From the NCBI GenBank assembly GCA_963822445.1, contig CAWGHO010000001.1, forward strand, positions 1,376,001 through 1,440,000: a stretch of 64,000 nt of DNA, in the 5' to 3' direction. Positions 20,061 through 29,995 of the stretch are shown here, piece by piece. The position numbers were made by a program, and so were the translations under genes. The stretch is from an uncultured Acidobacteriota bacterium (GTDB lineage Bacteria; Acidobacteriota; Thermoanaerobaculia; Gp7-AA8). Below the pieces are notes generated by a model. The model worked only from the letters and a program-made list of their open reading frames with translations, made no database searches and had not been told where the DNA came from. Each line of letters begins with the position of its first letter. The stretch's first letter is position 1.

Positions 20061-23000
20061 CCGGTTTGAGCTCGATGCGAACGGAAGGCGTGCCCGGCAC
20101 GACCAGCGGCGCCGTCTTCGGCTCGTAGTCACGGGCGAGGACGCGCAGCGTGTAGCTGCCGGGCTTCAGCCAGTAACGATACCCACCCGCTGGATCCGAC
20201 GTCGCGGGGCGGGAATCGCCGCTGACCACCTGTCCCGACGCGTCCAGGACCGCCACGTAGGCCTCGACACTCTTCCCTGTCGATGCGTCGACGAGCTGTA
20301 CGACTACTTGCTCGCCGCGGGTCACGGTCAGCTCGACGTCGACGTCGCTCGCGCCCACCACGACCTCGAGCGCATCGCCGGCGAAGCCGTCCTTGCTCGC
20401 GCGCAGCACGTGCTTGCCTTCGCTCGCGAACTCGATGACGAACCGCCCCGAGCTGTCGGCGCGAATCTCGGTGCCGGCGCGTCCTTCCTTCGACATCACC
20501 ACGATCCTGGCGTCGCCGACAGGCGCGCGCGTAGTCGCATCGACCACCCGTCCTCGGATCGTGGCACCGCTGACATCGATGTCGTGGGTCATGTCGCCAC
20601 GAATGTCGATCTTGCCGGCCTCGATCGTGCCGGTGGTCTGGAGACTCACCATCACCCGGTATTCGCCGGGAGCGGTGACCCGCGTCTCGTACGTGCCGTC
20701 CGCCCGGACCTCGGCCATGGCCGGTCCCGCGGAGTTGGCGCGATCGGCCGGAACGAAATGCAACATCCCCTGTGCGGGCTTGCCGCGGCGGGTCACACGG
20801 CCGCGAATCGCGAATCCGGCGTTGAAATCGAGGTCGACGAACGGCGCCGTCCCGCCCACGACTTTGACATTGGCCGTGATGCGCCGCCGCGATCCACGGT
20901 TGTGCTGCGCGCTGACGACGACGTCCCCCTCCGTCACGCCGCTGATCGTGAACGCGCCACTCGCGTCCACCGTGCCATGAGCCATGTGCGAGCTCGTCGG
21001 CTGGCGGCCCATCGCGCTGACGATGACGTACGCGAGCTCCGCGGGCGGGAGTCCGCTCACGCGCCCGGTCACTTTGCCGCCTCGGTCGAGGGTGATGGTC
21101 ATCGACGTCGTCGTGGCCGCGTTCACCTCCACCGTCGCTTCGGCGTATCCCTGCTTTCGTGCGGAGATCTTGTAGACCTCGTCGCCCAGGCCCTCGATGC
21201 GGAACGCGCCTTCCGCGTCGGTGGTGATATTCGATGAATACTCGAATCGCCCTCTTCCGCCGGAGCGCGACGGAAAGACCTCCGCCGCCGCCACCGGCTT
21301 TCCTTCGGCATCGATCACCCGGCCATGCAGCTCCCGGCCACGCGAGAGCTCGACGTCGCCGCGCACTTCCTTTCCGACCTCGACGTTCACGGTGATGGAG
21401 CGGCTCACGTATCCCTGTTTCCGCACCGTCACCTCGTGAGACCCCGCGCTGAGCGTGTCGAGCACGTACTCGCCGTTCGCATCGGTCTCTTTCATGCTCG
21501 CCGAGCGTCCGTACGATTCCCCGCCACTGATCACCGTCGCACCGGCCAGCGGCCGCCCGCCGGAATGCACACGGCCGGCAACGGTGCCCGCGCGCTCGAG
21601 CGATATCTCGACTTTGACCGGCTTTCCCTCCGGCACTTCGACAGCGGTCGTCGTGGCCCGCGCATAGCCGGGCGAAGTCGCAACGACGTCGACCGTGCCG
21701 GGGGCGACGTCCTCGAAAACGAACCGGCCGTCGTCAGCTGTAAACGGGCGCGTCCCCGGGGAGCGGAAGCCACCGCGCTGTTCCAGGGAGACGCTGAACT
21801 GCTTCACCGGCCGCTGCCCCTCGCGCTCGACCACCCGCCCTTCGATGCTTCCGTAGCGCGGAAGCTTCAGGACGACCTCGTTCGACGGTGCCGTCACGTC
21901 GACGGAGTCTCCCCGCATCGGAAAGCCGGACGCGGTCACCGAGAGCGTCACTTTGCCCGGGCGAACATTGCGGATGGTGAAGCGGCCGTCGACCACCGGC
22001 GTCGACGTCTGGAAGTCGCCGGCAACGAGGACATTCGCGGGAATCGTGAGCGGCGTTCCGTCGGACCAGGTCACCCGTCCTTCGATTACCGCCCCGCGCT
22101 CCAGTTCGATCACCAGCGGCGAATCGGCCGCCCTGAGCGTCTGTCCGCGAAGTTGCGTCTCGACAGTGGTCACGCCGCCGGCGCGAATGTCGTAAGGCAC
22201 ATCGGCCGCGTCGAAGGTCACTTTGCCTTCAGCATCCGTGCGACATCCGGGGAGCTCCGTCGCCACGTCGCATCGAAGAGCGGCGACCTGAAAGCGCGAG
22301 CCACTGACATCACTCTGCCGGCTGATCGTCACCGGTTCGTCGGCGATCGCGACGCCGTCCGGATCCACGAGCTTGATGGTGAACCTCGTCCCGCGCGTGA
22401 GCACGATGCGAATGCCGGATTTGCTTTCGCCCGGCTCGGCCCGAACCGGACCGTATGTGGCGCTCACGTACGAAGGCTTCGTGACTTCGATCGTCGACGC
22501 GCGCTCCCGCGACGGAAGGCGCATCGAGAACGAGCCATCCGGCGCGGTGTAGGTGCGCCAGGCCGGGCCCAGGGTTGCGACCAGCGCGCCGCTGACGGCT
22601 TTCTTCTGTTCGTCCACGACCATGCCCGAAAGGCGGCTGACCGGCGTAGCCGCCAGCGCCCGTTCGATTCGCATGCCTTCCGCCGCCGTGATCTCGCTCA
22701 TCACGCCGTCGAATCCGGGATGCGTCAGGACCAGTTGCGCATTGCCCGCGGGCAGCGCCTCGAGCACGAACGCACCGCGGCTGTCGGTGATGGCGTTCGG
22801 ACCGAACGGTAACGCGCCGTCGCCGCGCACCGACACGCGCATTCCAGCGATTGGTGTGTCGTCCTTCGTGCTGCGAACGGTTCCGATGACTGTCGCGCCC
22901 GGACGGAGGACGATCGTTTCGGCGTCGCGCTTAGCACTGCCGATGCGCGTTCCCGCGCGAGCGGTGAGTGACTTCACCGAGGGCGACAGATGCGCGATGG

Positions 23001-23679
23001 TGAACGAGCCATCCTCGCCCGATGTGGCCAGCGGCCACGGTCCGCCGTACACCGTTGCTTTCGCGATCGGCCGGCCGGCCGGGTCGACGACGCGGCCGCG
23101 CACGGTCGAGCCTTTATCGAGGGTGATGTCGAGAGGCGGCGCCGTTTCCCGCATGCGCGTGACCGTGCCGATCGCAAAATCCGGATGCATCACCACGATG
23201 GAGTAAGCCCACCCGGTGGGGTTTGGAACGCTGTACTGCCCCGCTTCGTCGGTTCGCGCGAGGAATGTGGAATTGATGATCACCGTCGCGCCGGCGACCG
23301 GTTTCCCGTTCGCGGTGATCCGTCCTTTCTTCAGTGGCGCGGTGCGGAGGAGAAAGGCACCGGCATCCTGCCCATCGGCGACGACGTCCGCGACAGGCGC
23401 GTACCCCGGCAGATCGATCAGCAGGCTGACGACCGGTTCTCGCTTGGCGTCGATGCGAAACGCGCCCTGGTCGTTGGTCTCCGCGGTCGCCAATGCCACC
23501 GGCTCCGGCGCGCTCGACATCAACCGAACATTCGTAACCTCGGTAGTGGTCAGCGAGACAGTGCGAACGCGCGCGCCGGCGAGCGGCTTGCCGTTCTCGT
23601 CGATGACGTAACCGCTGACCGCCGCGGCGAGATCGATACCGCAGAAAACGAGAGCCAGTGCTGTGACGATGCGGCGCAT
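20047..23679 (-). CDS. large exported protein with tandem carboxypeptidase regulatory-like repeats
   Basis: Signal peptide; about 12 repeats of GxVxDxxGxPxxxAxV...TDxxGxF. Confidence 0.88.
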   Translation of the reverse strand: MRRIVTALALVFCGIDLAAAVSGYVIDENGKPLAGARVRTVSLTTTEVTNVRLMSSAPEPVALATAETNDQGAFRIDAKREPVVSLLIDLPGYAPVADVVADGQDAGAFLLRTAPLKKGRITANGKPVAGATVIINSTFLARTDEAGQYSVPNPTGWAYSIVVMHPDFAIGTVTRMRETAPPLDITLDKGSTVRGRVVDPAGRPIAKATVYGGPWPLATSGEDGSFTIAHLSPSVKSLTARAGTRIGSAKRDAETIVLRPGATVIGTVRSTKDDTPIAGMRVSVRGDGALPFGPNAITDSRGAFVLEALPAGNAQLVLTHPGFDGVMSEITAAEGMRIERALAATPVSRLSGMVVDEQKKAVSGALVATLGPAWRTYTAPDGSFSMRLPSRERASTIEVTKPSYVSATYGPVRAEPGESKSGIRIVLTRGTRFTIKLVDPDGVAIADEPVTISRQSDVSGSRFQVAALRCDVATELPGCRTDAEGKVTFDAADVPYDIRAGGVTTVETQLRGQTLRAADSPLVIELERGAVIEGRVTWSDGTPLTIPANVLVAGDFQTSTPVVDGRFTIRNVRPGKVTLSVTASGFPMRGDSVDVTAPSNEVVLKLPRYGSIEGRVVEREGQRPVKQFSVSLEQRGGFRSPGTRPFTADDGRFVFEDVAPGTVDVVATSPGYARATTTAVEVPEGKPVKVEISLERAGTVAGRVHSGGRPLAGATVISGGESYGRSASMKETDANGEYVLDTLSAGSHEVTVRKQGYVSRSITVNVEVGKEVRGDVELSRGRELHGRVIDAEGKPVAAAEVFPSRSGGRGRFEYSSNITTDAEGAFRIEGLGDEVYKISARKQGYAEATVEVNAATTTSMTITLDRGGKVTGRVSGLPPAELAYVIVSAMGRQPTSSHMAHGTVDASGAFTISGVTEGDVVVSAQHNRGSRRRITANVKVVGGTAPFVDLDFNAGFAIRGRVTRRGKPAQGMLHFVPADRANSAGPAMAEVRADGTYETRVTAPGEYRVMVSLQTTGTIEAGKIDIRGDMTHDIDVSGATIRGRVVDATTRAPVGDARIVVMSKEGRAGTEIRADSSGRFVIEFASEGKHVLRASKDGFAGDALEVVVGASDVDVELTVTRGEQVVVQLVDASTGKSVEAYVAVLDASGQVVSGDSRPATSDPAGGYRYWLKPGSYTLRVLARDYEPKTAPLVVPGTPSVRIELKPVKRD

Positions 23680-23685
23680 GATCCG

Positions 23686-23713
23686 CAGACGTTACGACGA
23701 TTCGGAACGTTTC
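23686..23713 (-). promoter_or_regulatory. putative ECF sigma promoter
   Basis: GAAAC-N17-CGTCTG ending 6 nt before ATG 23679. Confidence 0.45.
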
Positions 23714-23714
23714 G

Positions 23715-24359
23715 TCACCCGGCCTCGAACCATTCCGCGAACTCAGCCTGGCCGTGGCTTCTGGCGACGTCAGCAATGCTTTGCCCGTCCGATCCCCTGG
23801 CATTGCGGTCCGCGCCGTGCGCGAGCAGCAGTTTGGCCATCTCGATGTCGCCGCGGCTGGCCGCGCCGTGCAGCGGTGTGTAGTCGACCTGCTGCTTCGC
23901 GTTCGGATCGGCGCCGCGGGCGAGCAGCAGTTCCATCGTCTCGCGATCGCACGCCGCGGCGGCCGCGTGCACGGGCGCGACTTTCATCGCGTTGTCCGCG
24001 GCGGCGTTCACATCCGCTCCCTGCTCGATGAGCCAGCGCGCGAGCGCGCCGTGGCGGAAGAAGATGGCCAGACCGGCTGACGGGAAGCCGTCCGGCGTGC
24101 GCGAATGGAGCAGTTGCGGGTCGGCGGCGAGCATCGTCCTCACGCGATCGGTGTCGCCGAGGGCGACGGCTTCGCCGAAAGAGACGGGGGCGCCGCGGTC
24201 GGCAAGCAGGCGGGCGATGTCGGTTTTGCCGTGGTAGATCGCCAGCAGAATCGGCGTGACGTTGTTCTCCGCCTTGCCGGCCAGCGACGGATCGGCGGCG
24301 ATCAACGCCTCGATCTGCGCCACATCTCCCTGTTTGATGGCGTCAGTCAGTTCGCTCAT
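23715..24359 (-). CDS. ankyrin repeat protein
   Basis: TPILLAIYHG, LLLARGADPN, TPLHGAASRG. Confidence 0.92.
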   Translation of the reverse strand: MSELTDAIKQGDVAQIEALIAADPSLAGKAENNVTPILLAIYHGKTDIARLLADRGAPVSFGEAVALGDTDRVRTMLAADPQLLHSRTPDGFPSAGLAIFFRHGALARWLIEQGADVNAAADNAMKVAPVHAAAAACDRETMELLLARGADPNAKQQVDYTPLHGAASRGDIEMAKLLLAHGADRNARGSDGQSIADVARSHGQAEFAEWFEAG

Positions 24360-24368
24360 GACGCAAAT

Positions 24369-25229
24369 CTAGCGCGAGGCGGCGCGGCCGACTTCTTCAT
24401 TCTTGCGAATTGCGCCCGGCGTGATTCCGAAGGTGCGCTTGAAGAGCGTGGCGAATGAGCCGAGGCTGTCGAATCCGCAGTCGGAGGCGATGTCGACGAT
24501 CCGTCGATCAGAGTTGCGCAGCAGCGCGCGGGCGCGTTCGAGCCGCAGGCGGGTCAGGTAGCGATGCGGTGTGATTCCGTGGAAGGCCGTGAAGAGCCGG
24601 TGAAAGTGAAACGGCGACAGACAGGCCTCACGCGCCGCTTCGGCGATCGTGACGTTGCGATTGAGACTCGCGTGCAGAAAAGCGGTGGCCACGCCAACGC
24701 GGCGGGCGAGCTCCGCGCGGGTCGACGCGCGCAATGACGGCACGCGCGCTACGCGTGACTTGACATCGTCTTGTGCGCGGACCAGTCCCAACGCCACATC
24801 GAAGAATGCGTCGTCCGAGGAGCCACCGCGATGCGCGCGATTCATCGCGGCGACGAGCGGCGTATCGAAGTGGAGCTTCTCGCTGAACGCGACCGAAGGC
24901 CGTTGCCCGTCATCGAGAAGAGCCGCGCTGGCAGTCGTGGTTGCGCGCCACGCGTCCTCGACAAACCCCCGTTCGAAGAACAAACAGAACGTCTCTACGG
25001 GCTGAAGAGCATCGACGGTGATCTCGTACTCCTCGCCATCATTGAGAACGAGCACGGAACCCGGCACGACCTCGAACCGCCCATCCCCCGTTTCCCACGT
25101 CGCGCTCCCGCTCATCACCGCTTTCACAGAGAGAGGCCCCGTAAACCGCTGTTCGTACCGCCGCCCGCGGCCCCCGACGACCGCGTTCGCCGTGCCGAGG
25201 AGGTGGGCGGGAGGGTTCAGCAGCGGCAT
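24369..25229 (-). CDS. AraC family transcriptional regulator
   Basis: ACLSPFHFHRLF...CGFDSLGSFATLFKRTFGITP. Confidence 0.93.
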   Translation of the reverse strand: MPLLNPPAHLLGTANAVVGGRGRRYEQRFTGPLSVKAVMSGSATWETGDGRFEVVPGSVLVLNDGEEYEITVDALQPVETFCLFFERGFVEDAWRATTTASAALLDDGQRPSVAFSEKLHFDTPLVAAMNRAHRGGSSDDAFFDVALGLVRAQDDVKSRVARVPSLRASTRAELARRVGVATAFLHASLNRNVTIAEAAREACLSPFHFHRLFTAFHGITPHRYLTRLRLERARALLRNSDRRIVDIASDCGFDSLGSFATLFKRTFGITPGAIRKNEEVGRAASR

Positions 25230-25340
25230 GAGCGAATTCTACGGGGGTTGGGGTTTGGCGGGGGTGGCCGCGCGGCGACGTAGGCTTTCTTCAACCCGGC
25301 ACCATTCTTGATCTAAATAACTACTGTCGAAGGGGGACCC

Positions 25341-25526
25341 ATGAAACGTTGCGAGCATTGTGGTCACTCACGGGCGGCACATGTCGATGGGCTTCGTTGT
25401 GCGTTGTGCGGATGCGTTCCGCAGCGGCAGACCTTCGTTCAGGACGCGCTCCCGTTCCGCAGCGGCGTCAGCCGTCCGCCCGGCGTCGTACCTGAGCAGG
25501 TGACAATCAACAGCCGCAAACGGTGA
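25341..25526 (+). CDS. small putative zinc-binding protein (61 aa)
   Basis: CEHCGHxxxxH...CALCGC; AAGGGGG RBS; AT-rich upstream region. Confidence 0.6.
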   Translation: MKRCEHCGHSRAAHVDGLRCALCGCVPQRQTFVQDALPFRSGVSRPPGVVPEQVTINSRKR

Positions 25527-25574
25527 GCTCAGCGATAGGATGATTCCTGCACGCTTCGTGCGTTGGGAATCAAC

Positions 25575-25793
25575 ATGGACGAGAAGAGCAAGCGAGTCCC
25601 GAAGCAGATCTCGGTATCCGAGCGCAATCTTCAAAGCGCGGCCAGCCGACTCCTCCCGAAGCACAACAAGCTGGTGTCCTCGGAAGTCGACTACCTCCGC
25701 CGCGTCCTCGGCGACCGCGCCACCCAGGCGCAGATCGACGAGAAGGTGCAGCTGGTCCGGAAGCTGCCCTGGCGTGAGATCGTCGAACAGTAG
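25575..25793 (+). CDS. small hypothetical protein (72 aa)
   Basis: MDEKSKRVPKQ...LPWREIVEQ; genome-typical codon usage; stop 1 nt before next start. Confidence 0.7.
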   Translation: MDEKSKRVPKQISVSERNLQSAASRLLPKHNKLVSSEVDYLRRVLGDRATQAQIDEKVQLVRKLPWREIVEQ

Positions 25794-25794
25794 C

Positions 25795-27042
25795 GTGAAG
25801 TTCGACGTCGCGATCATCGGCGCCGGTGCCGCTGGTCTCGCCGCCGCGCGCGTGCTCTCCGGCGCCGGAAAACGCGTCTGCATCCTGGAAGCACGGCCAC
25901 GCGCCGGCGGCCGCATTCATACGCTTCACGTCGGCGACCTTCCCCTTCCCATCGAGCTCGGCGCAGAATTCATTCACGGCGAAAGCGAGACGACCTTCTC
26001 CATCGTCGATGCCGCGTCGCTCGTCGCATGCGAGCTGCCCGACGATCACTGGTGGTCGCGCGACGGAAAGCGCGAAGAGATTCCCGACTTCTGGGGACGC
26101 ATCGACAAAATCCGCGGGAAGATCGGCTCACTGCGCCGCGATGTTTCCTTCGCCGAGTTTCTGCGCACGCAGAAGCTGCCGCCGCGGATGCGCGAGCTGG
26201 CCTGCAACTTCGTCGAGGGCTATCACGCGTCGCACGCCGACCGCATCAGCGCCCGCGTTCTGCGCAAAGCCGATCAGGAACAGGAAGAGCCGGGCGGCAA
26301 CAGGCAGTTCCGCATCGCCGCCGGTCAGGATGCGTTGATCGAATGGCTGCGCGCGGGACTCGATCCTCAAAAGATCGATCTGCGTCTCTCGTCGCCGGTC
26401 GCCGAAGTGGCCTGGTCGAAAGGCGCGGTGGTCATCGACGGACGCATTCGCGCGAAGGCGGCGGTCATCACCATTCCCATCGGCGTCTGGAAAGCAGGCG
26501 TGATCCGTTTCGATCCCGCGCTCACCGACAAAGAGAAAGCCCTGGAGATGATCGAAGCCGGGCACGTGGTGAAGATCGCCTTCCGCTTTCGCGAGCGGTG
26601 GTGGGACGACGTCAACTTCCTCCACAGCAACCATCGATTCATGCCGACCTGGTGGACGAGCGCGCCGGTCCGATCCCCGGTCCTCACGGGCTGGGCGGGC
26701 GGACATGCGGCCGACGCCATGCTGGCCGAGGGGGAGGAGGCGCGGGTCGAGCGCGCGGTGGAGGCGATGAGCGCGGCCTTCGGCGTTTCGCAGAAGAAGA
26801 TCGAAAGCCTCCTGGTCGGCACGTTCAGCCACGACTGGCAGAAAGATCCGTTCAGCCGCGGCGCCTACTCGTACGCTGCGGTCGGAGGGGAAGACGCCGC
26901 CGACGCGCTGGCGAAACCGGTCCGCCAGACGCTCTTCTTTGCCGGCGAAGCGACCAGCAGCGATCAGACCGGGACGGTGGCCGGAGCCATCGAAAGTGGA
27001 TTCAGGGCGGCCCGGGAAGCCTTGCGGTCGGCATTTCCTTAG
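25795..27042 (+). CDS. flavin monoamine oxidase family protein
   Basis: IIGAGAAGLAAA, LEARPRAGGRI, ELGAEFIHG, WQKDPFSRGAYS, FFAGEAT...GAIESG. Confidence 0.92.
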   Translation: MKFDVAIIGAGAAGLAAARVLSGAGKRVCILEARPRAGGRIHTLHVGDLPLPIELGAEFIHGESETTFSIVDAASLVACELPDDHWWSRDGKREEIPDFWGRIDKIRGKIGSLRRDVSFAEFLRTQKLPPRMRELACNFVEGYHASHADRISARVLRKADQEQEEPGGNRQFRIAAGQDALIEWLRAGLDPQKIDLRLSSPVAEVAWSKGAVVIDGRIRAKAAVITIPIGVWKAGVIRFDPALTDKEKALEMIEAGHVVKIAFRFRERWWDDVNFLHSNHRFMPTWWTSAPVRSPVLTGWAGGHAADAMLAEGEEARVERAVEAMSAAFGVSQKKIESLLVGTFSHDWQKDPFSRGAYSYAAVGGEDAADALAKPVRQTLFFAGEATSSDQTGTVAGAIESGFRAAREALRSAFP

Positions 27043-27126
27043 CGCACGCTTGCCTTCTATGCTTTCGCAGCATATTGTTATCGAAAGCAAACGCCTGCCA
27101 CCCGATCCCTAGTCCGGAGGACTTCG

Positions 27127-29925
27127 ATGACCAAACGCTTCAGCAGTCTCCTCCTGGTGCTCCTGTTCCTCGCGCCAATCAGCTTTGCCCGCGTCATTTC
27201 GTACGCGCCCTACACGGACCAGGCGTCGATCCGCGGCTACAACGTGCGGACCAGCCGGTATTTCGTCCTCCTCGAGGGCTCTTCTCAGGAAGTCTCGACC
27301 AATTTCGTCCGCGGCCGGGCCGTGCTCTACGACGCCACCGGCGCGCAGGAACCGCGCGTGATCTATCCGTTGAGCGGCCCCGCTGTTCCGCTGCAATTCG
27401 CCGCGGTCTTCCAAGGCAGTTCCTCGGACGCGCAGCCGATCATTCTCATCGGCACCCATGAGGCCGCCGCCGGCGTACTGCCCTATCAGGTGCCGGTCAC
27501 CAAGATCAGCGCGGACGGCGGCCGGACCTGGACGCGGATCGCGGAGCTCGACGGCAAGCAGGTTCATGCCGATACGGACGCCGACGTCGGTGGACCGTGG
27601 AGCCGCGGTCTCTCGGTCCCGGTACGCATCGGCAACAGCGCGTTTCCGTTCGTCGTCTCGTACCACGGCGGCGTCTGGGCCATCCGCTCGAACGCGACGG
27701 TTCGTCAGCTCAGCGCCGAGGAAGGCGCCTCGACGAACGTGGCGAACGCGCTCGTCGCGCAAAGCAGCGATGGAACGAAGTACGTGATCCGCTCGCCCAA
27801 CAAACTCACGCTCATCGATGTGAATCGCAACCAGGTGCCGCTCGGCGACGCCGATCCGTACGCGAATTACGCGGGCTGGATCACCTCCGACGACAGCGTT
27901 TATCTCATCCGCCATCGTGCCGAGGGGCGGTTCCTCTCGCTGTACCGCAACGGGCAGTGGCAGCTGGTCTCCGGCCCTCTCGACGTCGCGGAACCGGGCG
28001 CTGGTTACCCGACCTCGTGGCACGACACGATGTCGTTCTTCGCCGTGCCCACGCATGACTTCGAAGGCGCGTGGCTGCTTCATCGCGGTACCTCCAAGCC
28101 CACCACGCTGTCGCGGCACGAGCCCGGCGAAGCGATCGAGACGATGTGGACCGACATCTCCGGCCCGGAGGTGGAGGCGCTCCACGCCGGTGCGTCGAAC
28201 GAGCGGCTGCTGATTCAGGTGCATCGCGAGCGTCCGGTGCAGCAGGTGCCGTTCATCGATCCGGCGCTCGCGGTCTGGAAGGTCGGCGAGCCCGCACCGC
28301 GCGGCTACGACGAGCTGTATCTGAACGAAGGCTTCACCAAGGGCTTCGTCCATGTCAACGTCGAGACCATGGCCGAGGGATCGCCGTTCGTGTTCGACTC
28401 GGGCTTCACGCGCCAGGTTCCGGACGTCATAGTCTCGCCTCCACCGGCCGGTGGCGGCGGGGGCGACGTCATTCAGGAATGGGGCGTCGTTCGGGCCTCG
28501 CTCAGACAGAGCCTCGTGCTGCCGGGCGTGGCCCGCCTGCCCGGCGCGTTCGGCTCGTTCTGGCTGAGCGACGTCGTGCTCTACAACCCGCTCGACGAAC
28601 AGCAGGTCGTCGACGTGCAGTTCGTGGCCCTCGGCGAGGAAGTGCAGATCGCGCGGTTGAAGATCACCACGCTGACGCTCGATCCGCTCGAGATCCGCGT
28701 CGTTCCCGATGCGTTGAAGACGCTCTTCGACATCGACAACGGCGGCGGTGCGCTCTACTTCCATCCGCAGCAGACCATCAACGTCACCGGCCGCACCTAC
28801 TCACGCGCCGACGGAAGCAGCGGCACGTTCGGCTTCGGGATGCAGGCCATCGATTTCTATAACGCCGCGGGTCCGCGTTTCCCGCTGTCGTTCTCGGGCG
28901 CATTTCCCGGTCCGAACTTTCGCACGAACGTGATCCTCACCGACACCTCGGGACGAGGAACGGAAGCGCGCCTGCAGGCTTACGGCGTGTCCGGCACGAT
29001 CGGCTCGACGGACGTGGCCTTCGCCACGCCGAACAACGGAGTCATGCAGGTCAACGGCGTCGCCGGCATGCTCGGCCTCTTCTCGCACGACGCCGGCGGA
29101 CTGGTCGTCCAGGCAACGCGCGGCGCGGCGATTCCGGCCGTCGTGGCCATCGACAACCGCACGAACGATCCCACGTACTTCCCGCCGGATCTGCCCGCGT
29201 CGACCATCCGCACGATTCCCGTGATCGGCCATCTCGACGGTGCCCACGGCTCGCGTTTCCGCAGCGACCTCTATCTGCTCAACCTCGCCAACACCGCGCG
29301 GTCGGTGACACTCGAAGTGAAGAAATGGGACAGCACGGAGTGGCCGCGTCAGGTGCGTTTCACCCTTCTGCCGAATGAAGCCCGCGTGATTCCGGACGCG
29401 CTGATGAAGCTCTTCAGCATGGAAGGTGTGGCGCGGCTGCGGTACTGGTCCGACGGCGGTCAGGGCGATACGTCCGGCATCCGCGTGACCTCGCGCACCT
29501 ACAACATCAACGACGACGGCGGCACGTACGGCTCGCTGATCCCGCCGCTGAACAACTTCCAGAGTGCGACCGCCGGTGAAACGCTCGAGATCATCGGCAT
29601 GGTCGGCGGCAGCGGGTTCCGCACGAACGTCGGCCTGGTCGAGCTCACACCCACTCCGACCGGCCGTACCACCAACGTCCGTCTGGTCATCGTCGATGAC
29701 AAGGGCAAGAGCATGGACGCGTTCACGGTTGCCTTGCCGGCCGCGGGCGGAATGCAGATCAACGACATCTTCGCGGCCCGCGGCCTGACGGCTCCGACCG
29801 CCGCGCGCATCGTGGTTCAGGTGCTCGACGCGACCGGTCTCGTGGGCGCCTACGCGACGCTCACCGATAACGTCACCAACGACACGACGTACCTGGGAGC
29901 GCAGCTGTCGGCGAAGCCGAACTAG
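27127..29925 (+). CDS. exported 932-aa protein with two C-terminal 'GAxGSx(W/F)' modules
   Basis: Signal peptide; Asp-box-like SADGGRTW; PGAFGSFWLSD...DNRTNDPTY and DGAHGSRFRSD...DNVTNDTTY. Confidence 0.85.
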   Translation: MTKRFSSLLLVLLFLAPISFARVISYAPYTDQASIRGYNVRTSRYFVLLEGSSQEVSTNFVRGRAVLYDATGAQEPRVIYPLSGPAVPLQFAAVFQGSSSDAQPIILIGTHEAAAGVLPYQVPVTKISADGGRTWTRIAELDGKQVHADTDADVGGPWSRGLSVPVRIGNSAFPFVVSYHGGVWAIRSNATVRQLSAEEGASTNVANALVAQSSDGTKYVIRSPNKLTLIDVNRNQVPLGDADPYANYAGWITSDDSVYLIRHRAEGRFLSLYRNGQWQLVSGPLDVAEPGAGYPTSWHDTMSFFAVPTHDFEGAWLLHRGTSKPTTLSRHEPGEAIETMWTDISGPEVEALHAGASNERLLIQVHRERPVQQVPFIDPALAVWKVGEPAPRGYDELYLNEGFTKGFVHVNVETMAEGSPFVFDSGFTRQVPDVIVSPPPAGGGGGDVIQEWGVVRASLRQSLVLPGVARLPGAFGSFWLSDVVLYNPLDEQQVVDVQFVALGEEVQIARLKITTLTLDPLEIRVVPDALKTLFDIDNGGGALYFHPQQTINVTGRTYSRADGSSGTFGFGMQAIDFYNAAGPRFPLSFSGAFPGPNFRTNVILTDTSGRGTEARLQAYGVSGTIGSTDVAFATPNNGVMQVNGVAGMLGLFSHDAGGLVVQATRGAAIPAVVAIDNRTNDPTYFPPDLPASTIRTIPVIGHLDGAHGSRFRSDLYLLNLANTARSVTLEVKKWDSTEWPRQVRFTLLPNEARVIPDALMKLFSMEGVARLRYWSDGGQGDTSGIRVTSRTYNINDDGGTYGSLIPPLNNFQSATAGETLEIIGMVGGSGFRTNVGLVELTPTPTGRTTNVRLVIVDDKGKSMDAFTVALPAAGGMQINDIFAARGLTAPTAARIVVQVLDATGLVGAYATLTDNVTNDTTYLGAQLSAKPN

Positions 29926-29930
29926 TCCCC

Positions 29931-29991
29931 GTGTGGTGCGGGCTTCCAGCCTGCCTTGGCTCTCAAGGCAGGCCAGAGGCCTGCACCACAC
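29931..29991. repeat. REP-doublet-like inverted repeat
   Basis: GTGTGGTGCGGGCTTCCAGCCTGCCTTG-N5-CAAGGCAGGCCAGAGGCCTGCACCACAC between convergent genes. Confidence 0.75.
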
Positions 29992-29995
29992 CAAC

